Positions 27,687 through 36,726 of a stretch of DNA of 55,262 nucleotides are shown piece after piece (the stretch's first letter is position 1; every line of letters starts with the position of its first letter). Made by a program: the position numbers and the translations under genes. Source of the stretch: Candidatus Parvarchaeota archaeon (GTDB lineage Archaea > Nanobdellota > Nanobdellia > Parvarchaeales > Parvarchaeaceae). The notes beneath the pieces were generated by a model, which did not search any database, was not told the DNA's origin, and saw only the letters and a list, made by a program, of their open reading frames with translations. The stretch is taken from NCBI GenBank assembly GCA_023378865.1, contig JAMCSP010000013.1, positions 11,794 to 67,055 of the forward strand. The letters are read 5' to 3'.

Positions 27687-28531
27687 TTATTTTCTTCCTC
27701 CTTTGCTATTGTGTATGCTCCCTTTTGTTCAAGTATTGTCATTAAATCCTTTACTCTTTCTTTAGTCATTGGTTTTGTGGAAACAAAGCTTACTCTTGGG
27801 CCAACTACAAGTCCTTTTAGCACTCCTCCGAACACGGCCTCCATTGTTTTGTAAGCCAACCCGTGTCTGTACTTGACACCGTTGTCTCTTAAGTCAGTGC
27901 TTCTATAATCATAGCTTCCCCCCCACCTGTATGGAGAAAGTAATTCTACTTGAAGGTCATCTGCGTAAACTCTGTCGTTAAACCATCTTCTGTCTAAATT
28001 ACCCAAATGAATTCTCTTTTTTTGCGAACCTTTTATTAAATCTAATGCTAAATCATGCATGTTCTGGTGGTAAGCTTTCTTCTTGTCTATGATTCTGTAA
28101 CCATATTCTATTTTGAGCCTGAACATATTTTCTACCTTTGGATTACCAGCACTGTCAATGGTTTTCAATACGCCCGCATTTACAATATCGTATCTTAAAA
28201 GCTTGAACCCGCCAAATTTAGCAGGTGGCTCCATTGCGGACTGCTCCAATTGATTTAATCTCCTTATCTCTGAAAGTTTGTCTTCTAAACCTACAACCTT
28301 TGCGCCCGGCATTTCTGCGGCTACCTGCACCTTTGCAACCTCATTATAAGCCATCAAATCAGCTATATTGCCAGTGCCCATTTCCTTTTGCAATGAGCCT
28401 GTGAAATTCTGTAGGTTGTATTTTCTATTGTCATTCCACTCTGTGTAATCGAAGCTTCTACCTATTGCATCAGATCCATTGGTATCTATTGCACTGTAAC
28501 CTACTCCCGAAACAAATCCTACAACTTTCAT
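27683..28531 (-). CDS. Hypothetical protein (orphan operon gene 2)
   Basis: The ATG is preceded by a perfect SD (AAGGAGGTG) 5 nt upstream. 282 aa, no TM segment, no Cys, no recognised motif. Confidence 0.7.
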   Translation of the reverse strand: MKVVGFVSGVGYSAIDTNGSDAIGRSFDYTEWNDNRKYNLQNFTGSLQKEMGTGNIADLMAYNEVAKVQVAAEMPGAKVVGLEDKLSEIRRLNQLEQSAMEPPAKFGGFKLLRYDIVNAGVLKTIDSAGNPKVENMFRLKIEYGYRIIDKKKAYHQNMHDLALDLIKGSQKKRIHLGNLDRRWFNDRVYADDLQVELLSPYRWGGSYDYRSTDLRDNGVKYRHGLAYKTMEAVFGGVLKGLVVGPRVSFVSTKPMTKERVKDLMTILEQKGAYTIAKEEENN

Positions 28532-28542
28532 ATAACACCTCC

Positions 28543-29541
28543 TTAATAACCTAAGCCCATTCCCGGCCCGGCAGCATATGGATTAATCCCCAACATCTTA
28601 GCCATGTTTTCAGGGCTAACCTTTCCGCCTTTTTCAGCAGCACCGCTAGCCGAGTTCAAAGCAAGATACAAACCGGTTGTAGCATCTGGATTTGCATTGT
28701 TGAAAGAGTTAGCAGAGTATGATTTATCCAAGCTTGAAAATTGCTTGTTGCTTTCTTCCGACAGTATGCTTGTCATTGAGTACATAAGCCTCTTTTTGTC
28801 GTCTTCTTTCAGATTTGAGGACAAATCCTTGAATATCTTGTTTGCATCATCCATCATCTTGTTTATCTCTTCATCCTTTAGGTTTAGCTTTTTGAATGCT
28901 TCTTTGTTGTAAGGTATCTTCTCGAAGTATTCTCCAAGCTTTGAAAAGTTATCGTTCTTGAAGTCAGTTTCTATGTCTTTTGCAAGCTGGCTCATTTTTA
29001 TGCTCTTGCCGTAAGTATCGTTTTTGCTTAATTCCTGTTTAAGGTTGTTTGCGAAGGGGCTTATCATTATCATCGGATCATTTAAAGAACTCTGCGCCAT
29101 ATTATGGTAATCATCAGTAGACAGGTTTCCCTTTATTTTATTGTATTCTGCTGAAAGTAAAGGCATAGCCTGGTTTATTGCCCTCTGTATGTACTGCTTT
29201 TTCTTGTCTGTATCTATGGAATTGTCAGTCAAAAGTGAATTCAAACCCACTAAATAGCCGTTCATTACCTTTGAATCATCTTTCAATGAAGTTTGCTGGA
29301 GATAGGCTCCAAGGCTTGAAGCAAAGCTCCTGCCGATTTCTGAGAAATTGCTATATTTGTTGCTTTCAAACTGCTTTATGCTTCTTACAAACGCATTCAA
29401 TGCATTGTAATAATCTCCGTTTTCACGTATTAGGTCATCCAACGTCTGCTTTGCAGCAGGTTTCTGTGCCTGTGGCTGAGCCGTAGGCTGCTGTGTCTGC
29501 TCTTTCTGATTGTTTTCATTCGGATTTTTAGCTGCTTTCAT
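28543..29541 (-). CDS. Hypothetical helical protein with low-complexity termini (orphan operon gene 1)
   Basis: 332 aa. N-terminal Q/P/K-rich segment 'NNQKEQTQQPTAQPQAQKPAAKQ'. Gly/Pro-rich C-terminus 'GINPYAAGPGMGLGY'. No Cys and no TM segment. Confidence 0.65.
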   Translation of the reverse strand: MKAAKNPNENNQKEQTQQPTAQPQAQKPAAKQTLDDLIRENGDYYNALNAFVRSIKQFESNKYSNFSEIGRSFASSLGAYLQQTSLKDDSKVMNGYLVGLNSLLTDNSIDTDKKKQYIQRAINQAMPLLSAEYNKIKGNLSTDDYHNMAQSSLNDPMIMISPFANNLKQELSKNDTYGKSIKMSQLAKDIETDFKNDNFSKLGEYFEKIPYNKEAFKKLNLKDEEINKMMDDANKIFKDLSSNLKEDDKKRLMYSMTSILSEESNKQFSSLDKSYSANSFNNANPDATTGLYLALNSASGAAEKGGKVSPENMAKMLGINPYAAGPGMGLGY

Positions 29542-29563
29542 ACCGTATACTATGAGATTCAGT

Positions 29564-29571
29564 TATATAAA
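29564..29571 (-). promoter_or_regulatory. Candidate TATA box (TTTATATA on the minus strand) for the orphan operon
   Basis: Lies 23-30 nt upstream of the ATG at 29541, in the 43-nt gap after the UDG gene. Confidence 0.4.
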
Positions 29572-29584
29572 TACTTTACCATTA

Positions 29585-30154
29585 TTATGTAGATAAATTT
29601 TTGAATGAATTAAAAGCCATTGAAAGATCCGACAAGAAGGACTTTCTTGCAGACGGAAAGCGCATAGGAAAGGAGGGGTGAAATGTAACAAGGCATCTAA
29701 ACTGCTTACTGTCAAGTGTAATGTCCATAAATCTGCCCTTTATCTCGCTCAAATGCTTAAATTCAATGCCCAAAGCGGAGGCTGCAGAGGTTCCCAATGC
29801 AAGGATAAGTTTTGGCTGTATAACAGAAAGCTGCCTTACTAAATAAGGCCGGCACGTTGCTATTTCTTCTTTACCCGGTTTCCTATTGTTAGGCGGCCTG
29901 CATTTTACAGCATTTGTTATGAAAACCATTGATCTGTTAATTCCAATGCTCTCCAAGGACTTGGAAAGGAATTTTCCAGACATGCCTATAAACGGCCTGC
30001 CCTGCAAGTCTTCATTTTTGCCGGGAGCTTCTCCTATTATTACTATACCGCCCTTTTCATTTCCTTCTCCCGGCACAGCATTTTTCCGTTTCAGGCATAA
30101 ATCACAGAGTGTGCACTTTTCTATTTCATTTGAAATAGCAGTCAGGCTTTCCAC
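29585..30154 (-). CDS. udg: Uracil-DNA glycosylase, family 4
   Basis: N-terminal Cys cluster 'CTLCDLC', motif A 'GEAPGKNED', motif B 'TFHPSF'. Confidence 0.9.
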   Translation of the reverse strand: MESLTAISNEIEKCTLCDLCLKRKNAVPGEGNEKGGIVIIGEAPGKNEDLQGRPFIGMSGKFLSKSLESIGINRSMVFITNAVKCRPPNNRKPGKEEIATCRPYLVRQLSVIQPKLILALGTSAASALGIEFKHLSEIKGRFMDITLDSKQFRCLVTFHPSFPMRFPSARKSFLSDLSMAFNSFKNLST

Positions 30155-31029
30155 AGTTTATCAATTTCCTCTACTATTTTTTCATCCGCTTTTCCGTTTA
30201 TTGAACTTTGGCTGATATTGCCAGTGAAGCCTAGTGTTTTTAATTGTTCCCCCATTTTTAAAAGGTCAACTTTGCAGCCGTTTCCTTTCATGACCGTTAT
30301 CTGCTGCCCGTTCGTTATGGCTATGCCTCTCTCTGGGTGCATTTTTATGAAATAATTAATCTCTCCGTAAAATTTAGAGATTTTTACGCCATTTAAAGTT
30401 ATTAATTTAGAGTTGCTTTCCATTAGTTTGTAAAGCATTTCCTTTTCTTCCTTTTCTATTTCAACTATCCTTTCGTTTTCATTTTTTACGTATTCGGAAA
30501 GCTTTTCAGGCACAAAGTGCCTGTCCATTGCAGCTTTTAGTACTTCGTTTTTTATCTGTAAAAGGAAGAGCAAAGCATCGTTTCCTGCAAGAAATTCTAT
30601 CTCTGTCTCACCACCCAAGTAGGAAATACGTTTTACAGCAAACATCATTATTTCATTTGTCTGTTTTACGTGCCTGTGTTTGCATGCAGAAAAATCGTAT
30701 TGGCCTATGGTCACTATCCTTACCTGCATCTCTTTGTCAAGCCTGTCTTCATTGAATCTTAATTTTGGATTCTGCTTTATAGCCTGCTCTAAATTTTCAA
30801 AGTTTTCTTCCGTTACGGCAAGATTTTCAATGATCTTTGCATTGACAGCCTTTTCTGCTTCCATTATCTTTTCAAAAGGTATTATCTCCTTTACGTATGC
30901 TTTTCCAATGTTATCCTCTCTATACGTATCAGCCTTCCTTACGTGTATATCCAATCCCTGTTCCTGCAGGGCCCTTGCGAAAATGTGCTCTGCCGTGTGC
31001 AGCCTTGCTCCTTCAATGCTCTCTTCCAT
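30142..31029 (-). CDS. alaX: AlaX-like alanyl-tRNA editing domain protein
   Basis: Zinc motifs 'HTAEH' (HxxxH) and 'CKHRH' (CxxxH) of the AlaRS/ThrRS second additional domain. Has an extra C-terminal domain of about 145 aa. Confidence 0.75.
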   Translation of the reverse strand: MEESIEGARLHTAEHIFARALQEQGLDIHVRKADTYREDNIGKAYVKEIIPFEKIMEAEKAVNAKIIENLAVTEENFENLEQAIKQNPKLRFNEDRLDKEMQVRIVTIGQYDFSACKHRHVKQTNEIMMFAVKRISYLGGETEIEFLAGNDALLFLLQIKNEVLKAAMDRHFVPEKLSEYVKNENERIVEIEKEEKEMLYKLMESNSKLITLNGVKISKFYGEINYFIKMHPERGIAITNGQQITVMKGNGCKVDLLKMGEQLKTLGFTGNISQSSINGKADEKIVEEIDKLWKA

Positions 31030-31176
31030 TTCTATTGTAACTTCCTTAAAGATTTAACTTTTGTCATTAACGCTTAAAAAAGCGATAGAAAACCCCGGAA
31101 ATATAAACAAGTAAATTACCAATTTTCAACTGCCCTTAAAGCATAGAAATACATTTATTAATTCAAAGATAGAAGG

Positions 31177-32466
31177 ATGTTTATGATAATCAATAAAGAC
31201 GGAGACATGGAAATAAAGGGGTGGGCCGAGAGCGTAAGAAACCTGGGAGGTCTGGCTTTTATAACTTTAAGGGACATAAACGGAAAATACCAGGTAACTG
31301 TTTCAAAAAATTCAAATCCAGAAATTTTCGAAAGGCTTGCAGACATAAAAGCAGAGTCAGTAATCGAAGTAATCGGTGAAAAGAAAGACAATGAAAAAGC
31401 GGTTAACGGCTACGAGATAATACCAAAAAAACTTGAAATACTGACAGTGGCTGAGCAGCCGGTTCCTTTGAACTTAAGCGAAAAGGTACAGTCCTCATTG
31501 GACAAGGAAATAGACTTCAGGTTTCTCAGTTTGAGGAAACCAAAAACTGCGGCCATCTTTAAGATACAAAGTACCGTAAGCAATGCAATAACGAAGTTTT
31601 TCGAAGACAACGGCTTTTACCAGATACATTCTTCAAAGATAATATCGCAGGCAACAGAAGGCGGTGCAAATGTTTTCCAGGTGATTTACTTTGACAAGAC
31701 CGCTTTCTTAGCGCAGTCACCGCAGTTTTACAAGCAGATGATGATGGCGGCAGGCTTTGAAAAAGTCTTTGAAATAGGTCCCGTTTTCAGGGCGGAACCT
31801 CACCACACAAGCAGGCATCTAACAGAATACACAAGCGTGGATTTAGAAATGAGTTTCATAAAGTCATATGAGGACGTAATGACAGTAATGGAAAATCTTA
31901 TGCTAAGAATATTCAAAGAGGTAAGAGAAAGAAACAAGAAAGATTTGGAGCTTTACGGCATAGAATTAGAGGAATTGAAAACGCCGTTTCCAAGGATAAC
32001 AATAAAGGAAGCAGCAGAGATATTAAAGAAATACGGAAACAGTTTAAAAGAGGATGGCGACATAGATCCAGAAGGGGAAAGGATAATGGGCCAGTACGTA
32101 AAGGAGAAGTACGGCAGCGACTTTTTCTTTTTGACTGAATTTCCCTGGTCAATTGCCCAGTTCTACCACATGAAAAAAGAGGGAAACGAAGAAGTTACAA
32201 ACAGGGCAGATCTCATATACAAAGGACTAGAGATAACTACTCTGGCACAGAGAGAGCACAGGTATGAAGTCCTTATAAAACAGTTAAAGGAAAAGAATTT
32301 AGATCCGGAGAAATTTAAATTCTACACGGATTTCTTCAGGTACGGTGTACCTCCGCACGGCGGTTCGGGTACGGGTTTAGAAAGAATAGTAAAGCAGATG
32401 CTTAATTTAGAGAACGTAGCAGAGGCAACGCTTCTGCCAAGAACGCCGGATAGATTAATGCCTTAA
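31177..32466 (+). CDS. aspS: Aspartyl-tRNA synthetase, archaeal/eukaryal type
   Basis: 429 aa. 'FLAQSPQFYKQMMMAAGFEKVFEIGPVFRAE', 'QREHRYEVL', 'FRYGVPPHGGSGTGLERI', and C-terminal 'PRTPDRLMP' closely parallel archaeal AspRS. Confidence 0.88.
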   Translation: MFMIINKDGDMEIKGWAESVRNLGGLAFITLRDINGKYQVTVSKNSNPEIFERLADIKAESVIEVIGEKKDNEKAVNGYEIIPKKLEILTVAEQPVPLNLSEKVQSSLDKEIDFRFLSLRKPKTAAIFKIQSTVSNAITKFFEDNGFYQIHSSKIISQATEGGANVFQVIYFDKTAFLAQSPQFYKQMMMAAGFEKVFEIGPVFRAEPHHTSRHLTEYTSVDLEMSFIKSYEDVMTVMENLMLRIFKEVRERNKKDLELYGIELEELKTPFPRITIKEAAEILKKYGNSLKEDGDIDPEGERIMGQYVKEKYGSDFFFLTEFPWSIAQFYHMKKEGNEEVTNRADLIYKGLEITTLAQREHRYEVLIKQLKEKNLDPEKFKFYTDFFRYGVPPHGGSGTGLERIVKQMLNLENVAEATLLPRTPDRLMP

Positions 32467-32498
32467 AATAAGAAGTTCTGTGTCAATCATTTTGAGGT

Positions 32499-33347
32499 TT
32501 ATGCATACATGTCAGATGGCGGTTTGCCTTCTGAACGGTACGTTTCCTCTTCAGCCTGGTTTACCAAAAACACCTTTTCATCTGGGTTTTTCTTTGACCT
32601 CTCTGCAATGTCATACATCAAATCATAATCCCCTTCTTTCTTCTCATGCGTTGACATCTTTATTATTTTATTTCCGTCTTTGTCTTTGGAGTTTTCCATG
32701 GTGTACAGCATATTGTTCTTTGTGTCTACTATTGAAAAAAGATTGGAGATGGATACAAAGTAGCTTGCATCTTCGTTTTTGAGGCTGCCGAGATAGTCTA
32801 TTATCCGCTTGCCGTCCTTTCCAAGTTCAGACAATTCAGTCAGATAAAACTCAAGTACACTTTCTGGTTTAGTCAATACGACTTTTACGCTCTTGTCCTT
32901 TATTTTGTATGAAATACCGTACATTTCGGCGTATTTCATATCTTCTTTTGAATCCACTTCTTCAGCCTTTGAATAAAGGCCGGAAAGCCTTTTTGCTTCT
33001 TTGTCATTTATCTGCACTTTTCTTACATCATATCTTACAGCCAGTCCTTCGAAGCTTAAGCTTAGGTATTCCACTTCCTTTTTGTCAACATCTGCAAACA
33101 TAACAGGATGCTTAAGCGCAGCGTAAAGCGCGTCTATTCTATTTAAATCCATCTTTTTGATTTTTTCCAGATATTTTTCATTGTTTGGGGAAATGCTGAG
33201 GTAATAAAGTTCGAATCCATTCGGGTCCTTTACCAATTTAAGGTCTTTTTTCATCTTTGCGGAAAACCTGAAAATACTGGATACCGTTTTGTCTATTTTT
33301 GCTTCATCTTCGCTTATGATGTTATCAAGAGTGTTTTCACCGGCCAT
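32499..33347 (-). CDS. Hypothetical protein
   Basis: 282 aa. The ATG is preceded by SD GGAGGT. No Cys, no TM segment, no recognised motif. Confidence 0.6.
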   Translation of the reverse strand: MAGENTLDNIISEDEAKIDKTVSSIFRFSAKMKKDLKLVKDPNGFELYYLSISPNNEKYLEKIKKMDLNRIDALYAALKHPVMFADVDKKEVEYLSLSFEGLAVRYDVRKVQINDKEAKRLSGLYSKAEEVDSKEDMKYAEMYGISYKIKDKSVKVVLTKPESVLEFYLTELSELGKDGKRIIDYLGSLKNEDASYFVSISNLFSIVDTKNNMLYTMENSKDKDGNKIIKMSTHEKKEGDYDLMYDIAERSKKNPDEKVFLVNQAEEETYRSEGKPPSDMYA

Positions 33348-33450
33348 ATTCCAACCTCCTTTCTATTCCAGAAAAAAAGCACTTTAAAAGTGAAATGCGC
33401 ATTTTTTTCTTATTGACTAAAAAGAAGGCAGCTACTATTTAAGCTTTAAA

Positions 33451-34089
33451 TCAAGCGGTTTTCTGTGTTTTTAAATCGTCTATGAGGTCCCTTAATTCCT
33501 TTATGCTGTCGCTTATGGCAGGTATCAGTCTGTCTATGACTTTTTCAAAGGCCTGCAATTCAATGTTAACATCCGAGATGGTCTTATTGTATTCTTCCGT
33601 TTTACCGACCATTGTGTTCTGTATGCTGTCTATCCTCTGATTCAGCTTTTCCAAGTTGTCCTTGATGGTTTCTATGGAATTGGTGTTTATGTTCACACTG
33701 GATCTAAGGGAATTGAGATCTGAGGCAGAGCTTTTCCACTTTTCATTTATTATCTGTTCAAGTATCTGCTGTATGCTTTCAAGATTTTGGTTGCTCATCG
33801 TGTTGCCGCTTTCATAAGACTGCCTGCTTTCCTGAACGCTTTGTTGCTGAACATTCTGGATTCTCTGAACAGGATCTTCCTGCATTGTTTGCACGGGTGG
33901 CTGCGCATTCTGCTTTCCCGAGTTGCCTTTAAGCGCGTTTACAAGCGCATTTTTGATTGTGGTGCTGTCATATCCCTGCTGCCTTAAGCTGTCTATTATA
34001 TCCTGCTGGCTCATGCCGCTGTTAAGCATAGAACTTACATCCGGTACATCATTCTCGTCTTTTTTCTTAAATGCATTCATCAGGTTCAT
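33451..34089 (-). CDS. Coiled-coil protein with UBA-like N-terminal head and Q-rich linker
   Basis: 212 aa. N-terminal 'MSQQDIIDSLRQQGYDSTTIKNALVNA', a Q-rich linker, then heptad-like helices. Starts 3 nt after the upstream stop. Confidence 0.6.
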   Translation of the reverse strand: MNLMNAFKKKDENDVPDVSSMLNSGMSQQDIIDSLRQQGYDSTTIKNALVNALKGNSGKQNAQPPVQTMQEDPVQRIQNVQQQSVQESRQSYESGNTMSNQNLESIQQILEQIINEKWKSSASDLNSLRSSVNINTNSIETIKDNLEKLNQRIDSIQNTMVGKTEEYNKTISDVNIELQAFEKVIDRLIPAISDSIKELRDLIDDLKTQKTA

Positions 34090-34092
34090 ATT

Positions 34093-34458
34093 TTAACTCC
34101 ATTTTTTACTATTCATATATTCGTTTACAATTTTAATAACGTCGTCTTTATTTAAAAACCTTGAAGGATCTACGAAGCTCAGGTATTTTTCTATGACTTT
34201 TATGTCCTGTGCCTTTGCATACGTTTCAGACTGCCTTTCCAATCTGTTTAAAGCGTCATCAAGCTCAAAAATCTTCGTCTTGCTGCTCGATAGTTCATTG
34301 TTTATCTCCTGCAATGCAATCTTTATCTCTTTGTATTTCTCTAAGTTATTCTGGTCAACCATCTTAATCGTGTCCTTAAGCTGTGAAATCCTCTGGTCAA
34401 ATATCTTCAAAGACTCTCTAAGCTCTACGACGTTTCTTGTCAAATCCGTCTGCTCCAT
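34093..34458 (-). CDS. Small coiled-coil protein
   Basis: 121 aa, heptad-rich ('LRESLKIFDQRISQLKDTIKMV...'). First gene of a coupled pair. Confidence 0.55.
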   Translation of the reverse strand: MEQTDLTRNVVELRESLKIFDQRISQLKDTIKMVDQNNLEKYKEIKIALQEINNELSSSKTKIFELDDALNRLERQSETYAKAQDIKVIEKYLSFVDPSRFLNKDDVIKIVNEYMNSKKWS

Positions 34459-34588
34459 TTAATTATATTGCCGCAGTTGTTTTTATGTCTTTTTATCCAG
34501 CTTTTCATAATGGAAAATGTGAGTAGTTTATCTTCCCTTAAAATTTATATTAGATAGCTTTAAATATTAACAAAAATAGTTAAGATTT

Positions 34589-35965
34589 ATGCAAAAGAAG
34601 CAGAAGGCCGAAAAGACCGTTTCTTACTCTGCTTTAGATAACGCAAAGACAAATTCAAATCACTATAGGATAACCCTGCTTTCAGTTGCAGGTACTTTTC
34701 TTGACGGATATGACATATCAATAATAGGTGTTGCTTTGACCATAATAACGGCCATAAGTGCTTTCAGCTACGCAACCACTCCTTTAGGAAAAGGTTTGAT
34801 GGCAGCTTCCACAACCATAGGAATGCTTTTTGGTGCATTATCGATAGGTTACATAACCGATGTTAAGGGCAGGAAATTCATGTATCTCTGGGACATGGTT
34901 ATCTTTATCATTTTCACTGCAGCAATCACATTATCGTTTAATTTCTGGTCTCTTTTCATCTTTAGGTTAATACTAGGTGTAGCAATAGGCGCAGATTACG
35001 CAATAGGCGCCACGATTATCTCAGAGATTACTCCAAAGAAATCCAGAGGAAAGTTCCTTGCAAGCGATGGTATGGCATGGTGGGTTGGCGCAGCATTCGC
35101 ATTCATAGTAGGTTATCTCCTTCTTCCATTAGGCGTTAATTCATGGAGGGTAATGTTTGCAATCGGAATCATCCCTGCAATAATCGTTCTTATACTAAGA
35201 AGGAAAGTACCAGAATCGGCCAGATGGCTTGCAAACAACGGCCAGGTAGAAAAGGCAAAACAATCAGAAAAGACGATAACCGGCAATTCCGATAATCTTA
35301 AGGCTACTCATAACAAAGTTTCATTTTTTACATTGTTCGAAAAGAAATACATAAAAAATACAATATACTTTGGTTTGGCATGGTTCTTCTATGACGTTGC
35401 ATTTTACGGCATAGGGCTGTTTACTCCAACTATTCTTATACTTCTTGGATTAAGCCATAGCCTGTCCATTCTAGGATCAGCGATCTTTTCTTCAGTAGCA
35501 ATAGTCGGTTCTATAATGTGCATACTTACCGTAGACAGATGGGGAAGAAAGGTAGTGACGACATTAGGTTTTGCAGGTATGTTTGTTTCACTTTTAGTTT
35601 TGGCAATAATAGCAATGCACACTCCAAAGGATGCATTCGCAGTGGGTACAACCGGAGCGGTTATAGCAACTATGTACATCTTATTTGAACTTACCCAGTC
35701 ATGGGGTATGGGGAGCACAGATTTCGTATACGGACAGGAGCTTTTCCCAACAACAATACGTGCTACCGGCCAGGGTTGGGGAACTTCAATAAGCAGGATA
35801 GGTGCAATACTTGGTTTGACAACTTTTCCTACAATAGTGGCTTTATACGGGTTAGGAGCTGGTTTGCTGTTCTTTGCGGTAGCGGGATTGATAGGACTAT
35901 TGCTTACAATATTCCTTGCGCCGGAAACAAAGGATAAAAGCCTGGAAGAACTGACAGAAGAATGA
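34589..35965 (+). CDS. MFS transporter, sugar-porter family
   Basis: 'DVKGRKF', 'PESARWL', and 'PETKDKSLEEL' signatures. 12 predicted TM-like segments. Confidence 0.88.
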   Translation: MQKKQKAEKTVSYSALDNAKTNSNHYRITLLSVAGTFLDGYDISIIGVALTIITAISAFSYATTPLGKGLMAASTTIGMLFGALSIGYITDVKGRKFMYLWDMVIFIIFTAAITLSFNFWSLFIFRLILGVAIGADYAIGATIISEITPKKSRGKFLASDGMAWWVGAAFAFIVGYLLLPLGVNSWRVMFAIGIIPAIIVLILRRKVPESARWLANNGQVEKAKQSEKTITGNSDNLKATHNKVSFFTLFEKKYIKNTIYFGLAWFFYDVAFYGIGLFTPTILILLGLSHSLSILGSAIFSSVAIVGSIMCILTVDRWGRKVVTTLGFAGMFVSLLVLAIIAMHTPKDAFAVGTTGAVIATMYILFELTQSWGMGSTDFVYGQELFPTTIRATGQGWGTSISRIGAILGLTTFPTIVALYGLGAGLLFFAVAGLIGLLLTIFLAPETKDKSLEELTEE

Positions 35966-36672
35966 ACATAAGGTTTCTTGGAAAGTGGAGTTCTAATCTT
36001 GTAAGAGGGGAAAGAAACATATCTTTTGCGTTGGATGATAAAATAGTTTTTGACTTCGGACCGCACACCATAGAGTCTTTGCTTGACTCCAAGATAGATC
36101 CGCGGGATATAGGCATTGTTCTTATAACGCACATGCATTTGGATCATTTCAGCGGTTTACCGGAATTGTTATGGTACAGGGCAATATACAAGGCACAAAA
36201 CAAGCTCATAGTTCTGGGCCCAAAGGGAATAAAAAACAACACGGAAAGGCTTCTAAGAACGTTGCAAACACCCAAGGCATTCAATATAAACGCGGAATTT
36301 ATTGAAGACAAAAAATATGACTTCATACAGCCTTTCAGGGCAAGACACATAATAGCGGATAATGGATATAGGGTTGATTACAAGGGAAAGACAGTCTTTT
36401 ACAGCGGGGATACTGCTTACAGCAGCAATGTTGTAAAAGGCGCAGAGGATGCTGACATTCTACTGCATGAAATGACATATCTGGATAATAAGAAAGAGGA
36501 AGCTGATTTTTGGAGGCATTCCACTTACAGCTCTGCAATGCAGGTATTTGAAGAGAGCCGTGCCAAAAAGCTTGCACCGGTTCATTTATCCGTTGATTCA
36601 AATAAACTGGCTTTGAAGCTTTCAAAGTCAGACAAAAGGATAATTTATCCCAACAATATTATTCACATGTAA
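35962..36672 (+). CDS. MBL-fold metallo-hydrolase (RNase Z-like)
   Basis: 'THMHLDHFSG' HxHxDH motif. 4-nt overlap with the MFS gene. Confidence 0.75.
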   Translation: MNIRFLGKWSSNLVRGERNISFALDDKIVFDFGPHTIESLLDSKIDPRDIGIVLITHMHLDHFSGLPELLWYRAIYKAQNKLIVLGPKGIKNNTERLLRTLQTPKAFNINAEFIEDKKYDFIQPFRARHIIADNGYRVDYKGKTVFYSGDTAYSSNVVKGAEDADILLHEMTYLDNKKEEADFWRHSTYSSAMQVFEESRAKKLAPVHLSVDSNKLALKLSKSDKRIIYPNNIIHM

Positions 36673-36726
36673 TTTTTGTATCTAAAGCGTAAAAAGCCAT
36701 AAATAAGCATAAAAGTTAATAATATA

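Noticed and set aside
27683-28531. Calling the 282-aa orphan an encapsulin or HK97 capsid protein outright
   Set aside because: I compared it by eye with remembered family-1 encapsulin sequences (T. maritima, M. xanthus) and saw no sequence similarity. Only length and operon layout are suggestive, so it is kept as a hypothesis in the findings and not used as an annotation.
35404-36147. 247-aa minus-strand ORF spanning the MFS transporter 3' end and the MBL hydrolase 5' end
   Set aside because: It is fully antisense to two genes with strong family motifs. Its translation is P/S/I/V-rich with no motif, which is typical of a shadow ORF opposite a hydrophobic membrane-protein gene.
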